Virus record (IMG/VR): IMGVR_UViG_3300044844_000428
Reading direction: 5' to 3' (one strand)
Source: a virus
DNA length: 64,000 nucleotides
Shown here: piece by piece, positions 27,483 to 37,998 of the stretch
Numbering within the stretch: position 1 is the first letter of the stretch
Layout of the letters: each line of letters starts with the position of its first letter
Made by a program: the position numbers and the translations under genes
The notes under the pieces: generated by a model
Database searches by the model: none
What the model saw: the letters and a program-made list of their open reading frames with translations, nothing else
Told to the model about the DNA's origin: nothing

Positions 27483-30295
27483 GTAAATTTACCTTTTATT
27501 CTATGAGTTTCAATAAACTGTAGTGAATCTTTATTGTTATGTACAGTAACAAATTGCAATGCTGTTTGTCCAATATGAGACTGAACAAACTGAACATTTC
27601 CAAGATGTTTGATGTATAGTGGCTGAGTAGTTTTTACTATTGATACTGAACCTGTACCTAACACTCCAGATAATACAGTATCTCTTGTGATTGATAAACT
27701 ATTTATACTGTTGGATAATTGATTACCTGATACTGATATTTCTTTGGTAATTGATATCGAATCTAAAGTGATTGTGCTAGTAACACTGGATAGTCCAATA
27801 GTTTTATCTTTTCCATAATCACTAGACTGGGTATTACATTGAACGCCATTAAGATCAATTAACAGTGATTTTGTGCAAGAATTTATTTGAGTACTAGAAT
27901 AATTTCCGCTTATTCCAATAGTAATATTGTTCGATTCTTGACTAATACTGATATTAGATTGAACACCGGTAAGGTTTACAGTAGATGAACTTGTAATTCC
28001 AAATGTGCCAACATTAGTATTTGCTGTTACTTTTGATAATGGGTTAGATAATATTTTTACAACTGAACCGATATTACTAGAAGAAACTATATCAGTAATT
28101 GCTATCAAATAGTCGTCAGTAGTTCCAATATATCCTGCAATAGACGTACCAGCATTTCCTATTAATCCAACTGTAATGGATTTGGATACAGAACCAATAT
28201 TAATACTAGTTGATACTGATGATGGTTGTACAGATTTAATAACTAATGCTGTTCCAATAGAACCAGATGCTGATGTTCCTGTTATACCTTTTGTTCTAGT
28301 ATTAGATAAGGTACCAACATAAGAAGTAATACTAGAACCAAATAATGCATTATTAGTAAATGATGGTTCGTTTCCTATACTACCAGAAGCATAGTTTCCA
28401 GATAATGAAGTTGAACCAGATTTAGTATAATCAAGTTGGCCAATATTAGTAGCAATTTGGTTACCAGAAGAACCTGATGATGTTACCGGTAATAAAGTTC
28501 CTGTTGATATACTAGAACTATTACCAGATATTGCTATTACTGAACTATAAGATGGAGAATTTACTTCACCTAATAGTTGATTACCAGCAAGAGATGCTCT
28601 TCCAGTTTGTACTGCAGTTAAATTACCAACTGAAGTACTCGATGTGTTTTTAGTGACAGCAGTTGTGCTTGATACTGAAAGAGAACCAGTTTCAGTTGTA
28701 CTAATAGCACTGGTCAATCCAACGATGATATTATTAGGTTCGGTTCCTATTGATGTGGAACCAGTATTACCTGTAAGATTACTTGAACTTATAGCACTGA
28801 TAGAACCAATATTAGTATTGGACTGGATACTAGTAATCGATAGTGTGTTATAAGAAGAAACGGAATCAATATTAGTTGATGTTTGAACACCGGATGTGGA
28901 TAAATCTATAGTATAAGACAGATTACCAATATCTGATGCTAATGCATTTCCACTAGTTGTTAGTATATGATTATTAGGTTCAGTACCGACTGAGGAAGAA
29001 CCAGTATTACCAGCAACATTTGTTTCTATAGAATAAACAACAGAACCAATTGAACTTATTAAACTAGTAGATAATATTTCCGAAGAAATTGTGCTAGTAA
29101 GATTACTTGTGCTGATGGTAGAATTTAATCCACTCAAACTCAAGGTCAATTCTGTATTAGGATTATTCAATTCTGAAGTAATTGAATTTCCTGTTGTTGC
29201 TACTTCAAGATAAGAATTTGTATTACCAACATTTGCACTAATAGAATTATTAGTTATAGGTGCAGTAGTGCTGTTAGGTTCTGTACCTAATGCAAATGTT
29301 CCTGTGTTACCTATTACACCATAAGAACGGGCATGGTTTACTGAACCAACATCTGTAGTGCTAGTTACTGAAGTAATTTCTGACGATACTACAGAAGAAA
29401 CTGAATTTAGTTGGCTTGATGCAGATACTGATGATAATCCGATAGTTATATTGGATAACGTATTACCAACATAAGATTGAATTTCATTGGCAGTTAGTAA
29501 TACCGAACTGAATGTAGTTGATGAACCAACAGAAGTGCTACCTGTTACATTAGTAACTGATAGTGTAGTATTATTAGGTTCAGTTCCTATTACAAATGTT
29601 CCTATATTACCAGTTAATGCAATGGTTGTAGCATTGGCAATAGAACCAATTGAAATCGATGAAACAACACCACTAGTTGTCAGTATATGATTATTAGGTT
29701 CTGTACCAACTGAAGAAGAACCTGTATTGCCTTGTAATGAAACTGTAGTTGATTCTAATACGGAACCCGAAGCACCAGTTCCAGATAAACCAGACAATGA
29801 GGTTGAAATATAACCAACAACGGAATTGATACTAGAAGTGGCATAATTTCCAGATGATGTAACTGTATTGGATATTAATACTGAACCAATAGAGTTTGTT
29901 CCTTGGTTACCAATATTTGCTGTAGTAGATGATGGTAATACTGAACCAATCGAACTAGAAGATGATGTTCCTGATATAGCAATACTGACATTAGAAACTG
30001 TTGTTCCTATACTACCAGAAGAAGTTACATTTAGAGTAGATATTGCGTGATTATTAGGTTCTGTTCCAACAGAAGTAGTTGCAGTATTACCGGTAAGACT
30101 AACGCCACCAGAAACTGTATAACCAAATGAACCTAAAGAAGAAGTGGCAGAAGTGCCTGAAGTAGATACTGAAAGATTGACGTAAGCTATTGAAGAAACG
30201 AAACCCGTACCAAGGGTAATATATCCTGGTACGGTATAATCGAGTGCTATCCAATCACTAGCATAATAAGATGAATTGTTAGATATAATAGCCAT
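27479..30295 (-). CDS. 938-aa Ser/Thr/Gly-rich repetitive fibre-like virion protein
   Basis: ~22-aa periodic repeats (GNTGSSSVGTEPNN) and very few charged residues. Confidence 0.8.
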   Translation of the reverse strand: MAIISNNSSYYASDWIALDYTVPGYITLGTGFVSSIAYVNLSVSTSGTSATSSLGSFGYTVSGGVSLTGNTATTSVGTEPNNHAISTLNVTSSGSIGTTVSNVSIAISGTSSSSSIGSVLPSSTTANIGNQGTNSIGSVLISNTVTSSGNYATSSINSVVGYISTSLSGLSGTGASGSVLESTTVSLQGNTGSSSVGTEPNNHILTTSGVVSSISIGSIANATTIALTGNIGTFVIGTEPNNTTLSVTNVTGSTSVGSSTTFSSVLLTANEIQSYVGNTLSNITIGLSSVSASSQLNSVSSVVSSEITSVTSTTDVGSVNHARSYGVIGNTGTFALGTEPNSTTAPITNNSISANVGNTNSYLEVATTGNSITSELNNPNTELTLSLSGLNSTISTSNLTSTISSEILSTSLISSIGSVVYSIETNVAGNTGSSSVGTEPNNHILTTSGNALASDIGNLSYTIDLSTSGVQTSTNIDSVSSYNTLSITSIQSNTNIGSISAISSSNLTGNTGSTSIGTEPNNIIVGLTSAISTTETGSLSVSSTTAVTKNTSSTSVGNLTAVQTGRASLAGNQLLGEVNSPSYSSVIAISGNSSSISTGTLLPVTSSGSSGNQIATNIGQLDYTKSGSTSLSGNYASGSIGNEPSFTNNALFGSSITSYVGTLSNTRTKGITGTSASGSIGTALVIKSVQPSSVSTSINIGSVSKSITVGLIGNAGTSIAGYIGTTDDYLIAITDIVSSSNIGSVVKILSNPLSKVTANTNVGTFGITSSSTVNLTGVQSNISISQESNNITIGISGNYSSTQINSCTKSLLIDLNGVQCNTQSSDYGKDKTIGLSSVTSTITLDSISITKEISVSGNQLSNSINSLSITRDTVLSGVLGTGSVSIVKTTQPLYIKHLGNVQFVQSHIGQTALQFVTVHNNKDSLQFIETHRIKGKFT

Positions 30296-30390
30296 TAACT
30301 TGTCAGTATCCTTTGCAAGTAGTTAAACCAAAACTTATATCATAGCAATTATCTAATTCTCTATAATAATATAAGATTTATAGTTATTTA

Positions 30391-30849
30391 TTAAGCAATT
30401 CTAATCAAAGCATTTGTTGAGTCGTTAGTAGGCATAGTCAATGTGAATGTACCTGCAGTAACGGTTTGAGCACCAAATGTATGAACTGATACAGCATTTT
30501 TACCACTAGCAGTATCGTTATAAAGAAGTACTGCATCAAATGCTGTAGTTAAAGTCACGTTAGAAAATACGATTGATGCTGATGGAGTAAAGAACGCTGT
30601 CGTACCTGAAGTTGATGGAGCAGTAGCTGTAGTAACTGCAACACCACCAGGAGTATAACCTGTTCCTGATACTTCACCGGTTGATGAATAAGCACCAGTG
30701 CCTGCACCGATGTTAGCAGTAGATAAGTAAAGTGCTGCTTTGAAAGTGTCTTTAGTAGTTGCTGCACGGACAACTGTTGTTCCGAAAGCGTGAATACCGT
30801 TTAGAATATCTTGTTTGAAACTGGTTGCCATTGCCTGAGTATTGGCCAT
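30391..30849 (-). CDS. hypothetical virion structural protein
   Basis: MANTQAMATSFK...FKAALY...EVSGTGYTPGG...TAGTFTLTMP, a pattern common in phage structural modules. Confidence 0.8.
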   Translation of the reverse strand: MANTQAMATSFKQDILNGIHAFGTTVVRAATTKDTFKAALYLSTANIGAGTGAYSSTGEVSGTGYTPGGVAVTTATAPSTSGTTAFFTPSASIVFSNVTLTTAFDAVLLYNDTASGKNAVSVHTFGAQTVTAGTFTLTMPTNDSTNALIRIA

Positions 30850-31044
30850 TTAAAATTCTCCTATTACTGTTTCTGTAAATGTAGCTGGTTGTTTAAGTGT
30901 TAAATGAACATCACGTCTTACCAATTCTCCATCAAGATGGTATTCGGTCCAATTTGAAATTTCATTTTCTGTTTCATCTGAACCTTCTGTTTTGATTAAC
31001 AAAGATTCTTCAAGATCACCGTGTGTTGTAAAAATTAAAGCCAT
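30850..31044 (-). CDS. hypothetical protein
   Basis: 64 aa, WTEYHLDGELVRRDVH, GAGG RBS. Confidence 0.7.
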   Translation of the reverse strand: MALIFTTHGDLEESLLIKTEGSDETENEISNWTEYHLDGELVRRDVHLTLKQPATFTETVIGEF

Positions 31045-31060
31045 ATTATTTCCTCATTAT

Positions 31061-31068
31061 TATTTATA
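31061..31068 (-). promoter_or_regulatory. late promoter
   Basis: TATAAATA on the minus strand. Confidence 0.75.
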
Positions 31069-31078
31069 AAATATCACA

Positions 31079-31642
31079 CTACAGTATATTTATACTATCT
31101 ATTGACTCCGAACTTCCAGCAGGTTCAGATACGACTTCAACGGGAACACTTTCTTGTGTGGTTGATACTGGCGGTAATTCTTGTACAATTTCAGGTTGAA
31201 CTGATTTATGCTGAGATGGCCAAATCACATCAAAAGGAAATCCAGCTTGGGTTGTAATATCTCTTAGTGCTTGTCTATATTCTGCCCAGATTTGTTTATC
31301 AACTTGAACGTCAGCAACCTGAGTCCAGTCTGTTTCTAGGAGCAACTGGTTACGTTTTGCTCGAACTTCGCTAGCCGCTACTAAGGTATCGGATTCAATA
31401 TCTTCTTCAGTTTTATCAACTACAGCGACAGTAAACACTTGATTGTCTTCGATATAGGGAGCAACAGAAATAAGTTTTTGAGTTGCTTTATCGTGTTGTT
31501 TCCAAACTGTTACACCAAGAGCATTGTTAGCTGCCATAAAATCTGCGTCTGGTCCAGTTGTTGGAAAAGACGTAGCAGGGAATAATTTTTTGTAATGACC
31601 GACTTCTATGATTTGGTCGTCTTGTATAAGTGCGATTTCCAT
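31079..31642 (-). CDS. tail fibre assembly chaperone-like protein
   Basis: RAKRNQLLLETDWTQ..D.....W..YRQALRDITTQAGFP..V.WP. Confidence 0.85.
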   Translation of the reverse strand: MEIALIQDDQIIEVGHYKKLFPATSFPTTGPDADFMAANNALGVTVWKQHDKATQKLISVAPYIEDNQVFTVAVVDKTEEDIESDTLVAASEVRAKRNQLLLETDWTQVADVQVDKQIWAEYRQALRDITTQAGFPFDVIWPSQHKSVQPEIVQELPPVSTTQESVPVEVVSEPAGSSESIDSINIL

Positions 31643-31651
31643 TTATTATCC

Positions 31652-34600
31652 TTATGAGTAAGAGGTTGGTAATGGTGCTGTTGGTGGTGTGAAGTTTTGG
31701 GTGTATCTAGCAACACCTTTGGTTATACGAAGGTCGTCAGCATACCCATTTAAACTGTTTAGAGTTCCTGGTGGAACTCCTGTTTTGCATGCACCTATAA
31801 AAGTAGAATATGCTGAATTGCTACCAATTGCGTCAATAGTTCCAGACATTTTAGAAACCCCATTAATATACACAGTAGCAGAAACTCCAGCCGTAATAAC
31901 TACCGCAAGATGAAACCATTGATTAATTGGCAAATTAGATACAGCAGCCGTCAAATAAGTTGATTGCCCTCCACCTCCAAAATAAATATATGTACCATCA
32001 GCAAAACACCAAAAATTAGACCCACCAGATGTTGAGGAGTTAGTTATATCAGTTTGGCAAAAGAAAGGCGCAGTGCTTCCTGGTCCGCCTGGAGATGCGT
32101 TTAGATAAAACCAACCTTCTAACGTAGAGTTTACGCTATTTAATAGCAAATTTGTGCTATAAGGAACACTCAAATAATCTCCACTACCATCAAAATACAT
32201 ACTACCAGTACCAAATTTTTTCTGAGCAGTACTAATCTGAGCATTACCGTAAGCCGTAACAGTCTTAGGACTGCTACTCAAATCCTTGAATACCGTACTA
32301 CCATTCGTCCCATCACCATTCAATAACAACGATACCTGCGGATAGTTATAATCATACACAGTACCCGTAACAATTGGGTCTTCGTAGGTTGGTGGGGTGA
32401 AATTAGATGTGTATCTGGCGTAGCCTTTGGTTATACGAAGGTCGTCTATGTAACCGTTTAAGTATAAACCTGAAGCGTCCCATAATCTTCCAATTAACGC
32501 AGTAGTATTATTGGTGTTGATGATTCCTGATTGTGAAAATCCAGTAGCGTTATCGACAATGCCATTTACATAATGTTTAATTATTCCAGAATTTCTTACT
32601 GTAGCTATATGAACCCACTGATTGGTTGGAATATTGTTAGTTGTTTTACAGTATGTACCAGCCAGATATAAATTTAGTTTAGGTCCGGATTCAAAGTTCC
32701 AAATATAGTTTGTTGCAGTTTGACCGGAACGGGTATCGAATAATCCTTGTACTGTAGAAACTGTTGCATATACCCATGCTTCTAATGTAAAATCCCCTGT
32801 ACCAAAATCAAATATTGAATTACATGGAACACTCAAATAATTACTACCACCAAACGCCATACTACCCGTACCATACTTCTTAGTGGTTGTATTAACAGTA
32901 ACAGAACCAGTATTAGTAACAGTCAAGTTATTAGGTGATTCATCTGTAAACGAGGTACTACCATTAGTACCATTACCTCTTAGCAATAACGATGTATCAA
33001 CACGGTTAACGTCAAATGCTGTGCCAGTTGTAGTAGCTAATGCGTAGGTTGGTGGTGTAAAGTTGGTTGTATAACGAGCGATGCCTTTGGTTATACGCAG
33101 GTCATCAATGTAGCCAGTAAATTTTGAACCTGTGGAAGCTAAATTATAATTTATATATCCATCTCCAGCAGAATAACTTGTTGCTATAGTTCCAGATACC
33201 ACAGAAATACCATTTAAATATATATTTACTATATTAGCTGTATTTCTACTCACAGCAATATGATTCCAGGTATTTAATGGTAATGTAGTTGTACTATTTA
33301 ATTGAAAAGTTACTCCTTGTAGTGCAATAGCTAGATAACCATTTACATCAAGACCAATTTGAACGCCACCAGTTATTCCTAAAAATACAGAATAACTAGG
33401 AGCAGCTGAACAATACGCCCAAAATTCAATAGTAAATTCATTAGGGAATGCTAGATACGTAGAATTAGATATTGTTAAATAATTACTACCACTGAATGCA
33501 ATACTACCAGTACCATATTTCTTAGCAGTTGTACTAGTAGTAACAGAATTGCTATTAGTAATAGTCTTAGGACTACTACTCAAATCTGTGAATGTTGTAC
33601 TACCATTAGTCCCTTCACCTGTTAATAACAACGACACGTCAGCGTAATTAGGGTCAAAACCTGTTGAGATATACTGATTGGCAAATGACTGGCTAGGTGG
33701 AGTAAAGTTTTGGGTGTAGCGAGCGTAGCCTTTGGTTATGCGGAGGTCGTCGATGTAACCTAAGTATGGATAATATGTAGTGCCGCCATTATAATGAGCG
33801 CCCACATAGGCATAATTTAAAGTTCCGATATAATCGCTAGCACCTGCTGCACTACCAACAGAAACTCCATTTTGATATATAGTTATAGTTCCGGAACTTC
33901 GTATAATAGCAAAATGTACCCATTGATTTAACGGAAACGCTGTACTGGAACTTGTGATAACTGAAGAACCAGATTGTACAGCTAATTTATCGGTTCCAAC
34001 TCCACCGGAACCTCCATAAAATACAGGAACGTAGAAATTACTTGTAGAACCTTGTAGCGTAACTATTGCTTGGTCAGTAGAATTATTAATTTTATACATC
34101 CAACCTTCAACAGTAAAATCGCCCGTACCAAAATTTAAATTGCTAGATGGCGATAGATTTACATAATCCCCAGTACCATCAAAGAACATACTACCAGTAC
34201 CATTCTTCTTAACATCAGTGCTAAGTTGAACATTACCGTAAGGTGTAAGTGTCAGGTTGTTCTGAGTACGGTCTTGGATTTTAAATGCTGGTAATGCTGC
34301 GATAGGTGGTGTAAAATTAGCTGTGTATCGAGCTACACCTTTTGTAATTCTTATATCTGATAGTATCATATAAGAATTTGTTGAATACCCTGGGTCTTGA
34401 TTATTACCAATAGTGAGCTTTTCTGTGCCAGCATATATTGCACTAATTGTTGTGGTCTTAACTAATGAACCATTTACAAACATACGTAATGTTGTTCCTG
34501 ATACAGAAACCGCGTAGTGTGTCCAAGTATTTAGAACCGGTGCAACCCCGCTAAATATGAATACATTCCCGCCTCCACCCCCAGTTGTAGAGTATATAAA

Positions 34601-36409
34601 GAAGAATCCATTACCCACTGTAATATCACATCCAATATGATATGAAAAATTACCATTTGCCCATTTAGATAAAACAACAGGGTTAGTTGACAAATTTGTA
34701 AATTTTGCCCAATATTCCATTGTGAAATCACCAGTCATATTTAATGCTGTGCTACTAGGTATAGAGAGATACGTAGTACCAGTGCCATTAAATTGTATAG
34801 CACTTGTTCTATATTTTGTGTCAGATGATATTAACGTAGTTGAACCACTCGTTGTTACTACACCATGCTGATTAGACCAATCAATAAAATCGTCACCGGT
34901 TAACATCAGTGACACGTTCTGCCAATACGGGTCGTATGCGTCAGTTGTGTTACCGTCTAGTAATAGCGATACATTGCCCCACCAAGGGTCAGCTGCAATA
35001 GTTGGAGGTATTGTTGGGAATGCTGCAGTTGGTGGTGTAAAGTTAGCTGTGTATCTTGCGTAGCCTTTTGTTATTCTTAGGTCGTCTATGTAGCCTTGGA
35101 AATAATTAGCTACTTGCGTATCTCCAAAATAACCTAAACCAACAGTATTAGCCCACGTTGTTGAGCTACCAAAATCAGTACAACCAGTCTGAGTACCTAT
35201 TAGTAAACCATCTGCATAAGCATACATAGTAGTACCAATTCTAGTAACTGCAATATGTTGCCATGATGTTAATGATGGGGTAAATGAGGTTGTTAACCCA
35301 ACAGCACCAGAAGAAATGGCTGAAATACTAATACCGGCATTAGTAATAATAAACAAGAAATTACCTTGAAGTCCACCTGTCCACCAACCATTACCTTGAA
35401 CCATAATTGGTTGGATAAGCCCGCTACCAGCTCCAGCACCACTACCTGCTGCTCGTGTTGGCCGAATCCAACATTCAATAGTAAAATCAACACCATTAAG
35501 TAATGTATTAGAACTAGCTGGTAACGTACAATAATCCCCACTGCCATCAAAATACATAGCACCAGTTCCATATTTCTTAGTAGCTGTATCGATTCTAGCG
35601 TTACCGTAAGTTGTCACAGGTAATCTATAAACTGAACTATCTAATATCTCATGCGATGGTAATGCTTGCGTAGGTGGGGTGAAATTGGCTGTGTATCTGG
35701 CAATGCCTTTGGTTATGCGGAGGTCGTCAAGATATAAGTTAGATTGATATGATGCATTAGTAGGCACATCGAAAATAGTTCCGGTTAAACCTCCAGTACC
35801 AATTAAATTATTCGTGAATGTAGCAGAGTATCCACTAACTCCATTAATAAAGGTTTTAATTGTACCGCTAGCACGACACACTGCAACATGCGTCCAACTA
35901 TTTAATGATGTAGAATTTGATGACGATGGCGATATACTACCGCTATATAACCATAATTTATTACTCGCATCAAATAAGAAAACAATTCCCATTCCGTCTG
36001 CGCCAGTTGTACTATCTCTTGTATCAAATATGGTATGATTTTTTGAAGATAATAGATATACCCAACATTCAATAGTAAAATCTCCAGTTCCAAACGCAAA
36101 ATTGGAACTATTTGAAACTCTCAAATAATCTCCACTACCATCAAAATAATAACTCCCAGTTCCAAATTTCTTATTAATACTTGTTACTGCCGCATTACCA
36201 TAAGTTGTAACAGTTGCTTTATTATTAGACTTATCCAGCAAATCATTACCAGTCAACAGCAACGATACATTAGCAAAGTTAGTATCAACATCATTGTCAC
36301 CATTTAACAGTAATGACACCTTATCATAATATGGATCACTAGCACCTACTACTGGATAATAGCCGATACCACCAGTTGCTGCTGCATTTATAATCTTACG
36401 ATTGCTCAT
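31652..36409 (-). CDS. 1585-aa adhesin/fibre protein with seven LamG/ConA-like domains
   Basis: Seven copies of FTxExW...WxHxA...DxRITKGxARYTxNFTPP. Confidence 0.9.
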   Translation of the reverse strand: MSNRKIINAAATGGIGYYPVVGASDPYYDKVSLLLNGDNDVDTNFANVSLLLTGNDLLDKSNNKATVTTYGNAAVTSINKKFGTGSYYFDGSGDYLRVSNSSNFAFGTGDFTIECWVYLLSSKNHTIFDTRDSTTGADGMGIVFLFDASNKLWLYSGSISPSSSNSTSLNSWTHVAVCRASGTIKTFINGVSGYSATFTNNLIGTGGLTGTIFDVPTNASYQSNLYLDDLRITKGIARYTANFTPPTQALPSHEILDSSVYRLPVTTYGNARIDTATKKYGTGAMYFDGSGDYCTLPASSNTLLNGVDFTIECWIRPTRAAGSGAGAGSGLIQPIMVQGNGWWTGGLQGNFLFIITNAGISISAISSGAVGLTTSFTPSLTSWQHIAVTRIGTTMYAYADGLLIGTQTGCTDFGSSTTWANTVGLGYFGDTQVANYFQGYIDDLRITKGYARYTANFTPPTAAFPTIPPTIAADPWWGNVSLLLDGNTTDAYDPYWQNVSLMLTGDDFIDWSNQHGVVTTSGSTTLISSDTKYRTSAIQFNGTGTTYLSIPSSTALNMTGDFTMEYWAKFTNLSTNPVVLSKWANGNFSYHIGCDITVGNGFFFIYSTTGGGGGNVFIFSGVAPVLNTWTHYAVSVSGTTLRMFVNGSLVKTTTISAIYAGTEKLTIGNNQDPGYSTNSYMILSDIRITKGVARYTANFTPPIAALPAFKIQDRTQNNLTLTPYGNVQLSTDVKKNGTGSMFFDGTGDYVNLSPSSNLNFGTGDFTVEGWMYKINNSTDQAIVTLQGSTSNFYVPVFYGGSGGVGTDKLAVQSGSSVITSSSTAFPLNQWVHFAIIRSSGTITIYQNGVSVGSAAGASDYIGTLNYAYVGAHYNGGTTYYPYLGYIDDLRITKGYARYTQNFTPPSQSFANQYISTGFDPNYADVSLLLTGEGTNGSTTFTDLSSSPKTITNSNSVTTSTTAKKYGTGSIAFSGSNYLTISNSTYLAFPNEFTIEFWAYCSAAPSYSVFLGITGGVQIGLDVNGYLAIALQGVTFQLNSTTTLPLNTWNHIAVSRNTANIVNIYLNGISVVSGTIATSYSAGDGYINYNLASTGSKFTGYIDDLRITKGIARYTTNFTPPTYALATTTGTAFDVNRVDTSLLLRGNGTNGSTSFTDESPNNLTVTNTGSVTVNTTTKKYGTGSMAFGGSNYLSVPCNSIFDFGTGDFTLEAWVYATVSTVQGLFDTRSGQTATNYIWNFESGPKLNLYLAGTYCKTTNNIPTNQWVHIATVRNSGIIKHYVNGIVDNATGFSQSGIINTNNTTALIGRLWDASGLYLNGYIDDLRITKGYARYTSNFTPPTYEDPIVTGTVYDYNYPQVSLLLNGDGTNGSTVFKDLSSSPKTVTAYGNAQISTAQKKFGTGSMYFDGSGDYLSVPYSTNLLLNSVNSTLEGWFYLNASPGGPGSTAPFFCQTDITNSSTSGGSNFWCFADGTYIYFGGGGQSTYLTAAVSNLPINQWFHLAVVITAGVSATVYINGVSKMSGTIDAIGSNSAYSTFIGACKTGVPPGTLNSLNGYADDLRITKGVARYTQNFTPPTAPLPTSYS

Positions 36410-37038
36410 TATTTTAAGTCCTTACCAATCACATATCCAGTCCAAGTTGCGCCAGCGTCATAGGTATAAAAACCAAATGAGTCTCTACCAGAAGATGTTA
36501 AACTTGATGGAGCAGTACCGCTTACCCATTTAACTGTTGATGTACCGCCAGCGGTTACTGACAATGTCCATGTGATAGTTGCTAAGCCAGCATTAGTTAA
36601 GTCTAATATAAATGAACCAACTGAACCAGTAGCAGGAATATTACTTACAGTAAATGTAGTTGCACCAGCGGTTAATGTCTTAGTAAAGTATGAACCTAAT
36701 GACAAATCTATGTTTAATGCAGCCATTGCTACTCTGGTTTCATAAGAACCCAATGCGGTAATAGTTTTGTTAGTTAAAGTCTGAGTATCAGTTGTACCAA
36801 CAAGTGTTCCTGTTGGAGCAGTGACCGCAGTAAAAGCACCAGACCCATTTCCTTTAAGAATACCGGTTAATGTAGTAGCACCAGAACCGCCTTGTCCTAC
36901 TGATAATGCTGTAGTTAAACCCGTTAATGATGTAATATCACTATTAGCACCGGATGCTGCTTGACCAGCTAGAGTATCTGCTGTTTGTAATTCTTGTATA
37001 GTTGTTCCATTTAATACTAATGGATATCTGGCTGTCAT
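36409..37038 (-). CDS. tail fibre-like protein
   Basis: SGANSDITSLTGLTTALSVGQGGSGA, TDTQTLTNKT, C-terminal D.F.FYTYDAG domain. Confidence 0.75.
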   Translation of the reverse strand: MTARYPLVLNGTTIQELQTADTLAGQAASGANSDITSLTGLTTALSVGQGGSGATTLTGILKGNGSGAFTAVTAPTGTLVGTTDTQTLTNKTITALGSYETRVAMAALNIDLSLGSYFTKTLTAGATTFTVSNIPATGSVGSFILDLTNAGLATITWTLSVTAGGTSTVKWVSGTAPSSLTSSGRDSFGFYTYDAGATWTGYVIGKDLK

Positions 37039-37955
37039 TAACTAACTCCTACTGGTATGGATGTCCCTGAACGATTGAGTACGGATAGTATTCCCGACAA
37101 TACAGTTACACCTATTAGATTAACTGAACGATTCAATACTTGTAAAGTGGTTGAAATGCTTTGCCAAGTAGCAGTTGTACCATCCGTTTTTAAGTATTTA
37201 TTTGCGTTGCCTGTCTGACTTGGTAATGATACTGGGGCAGGAGCAGATGTCCATTCTGTACCGTTGGAAGTCAGTATATAACCAGACGTTCCTGGAGAAG
37301 TTAATCCAGTACCACCAGATGCCACCGGTAAGGCATTAGATAGACTTAATGTTGGAATCGTTACCGAGTAAGCACCGCTGAATGTAAGATTACCACCAAG
37401 TGTCCAAGTCTGTGCTGCTATGTTGGTAATATTACCAGAATTCATATAAAGTGCATAGTTATTTGCACCATTTGCGGCATCAGCATAAAGACCAATATTC
37501 ATACCACCAGCATGAGTATCGTTAGCGTAACCTCTTACGCCAATGGCAGAACCTGTATCGCCTGTAGCCGATACATGACCTTCACCAACGACACCACCAG
37601 AACGAGTGGCAGCATTAGTATAGCCTTTACCATAAACACCAACACCATAGATTGAAGTATCAGTAGCATGAGCAGTTCCTTCTGCCACAAGACCAATATT
37701 ATGTGCTTCGTTCTTTTGGATTCCAGTAGCAGTATTTGATATTGCTGTTAATGAATTTGGGAATCTAGTAAGGTTAGCGGCGGTTGATGGACCAATCAAA
37801 GCAACAGTAAGAATTCTTGGTGAGTCTAAAGTTGGACCATTAGAAAGAACAAGATTGGTCGTTCCTGTTGATGTTGTTACACCTGTGCCTCCATTGAGTA
37901 CAGGCAAGGTACCATAATTGGTACCTCTTAATGTAGATGATAAACTTTTAGACAT
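37038..37955 (-). CDS. tail fibre-like protein (paralog of 44090-45553)
   Basis: LPVxNGGTG repeats, a GVxG beta-solenoid segment, LPSQTGN..KYL.TDGT. Confidence 0.75.
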   Translation of the reverse strand: MSKSLSSTLRGTNYGTLPVLNGGTGVTTSTGTTNLVLSNGPTLDSPRILTVALIGPSTAANLTRFPNSLTAISNTATGIQKNEAHNIGLVAEGTAHATDTSIYGVGVYGKGYTNAATRSGGVVGEGHVSATGDTGSAIGVRGYANDTHAGGMNIGLYADAANGANNYALYMNSGNITNIAAQTWTLGGNLTFSGAYSVTIPTLSLSNALPVASGGTGLTSPGTSGYILTSNGTEWTSAPAPVSLPSQTGNANKYLKTDGTTATWQSISTTLQVLNRSVNLIGVTVLSGILSVLNRSGTSIPVGVS

Positions 37956-37998
37956 TCGTTATTTCCTACTTAATTATAGTTTATTATCATATTTATTC

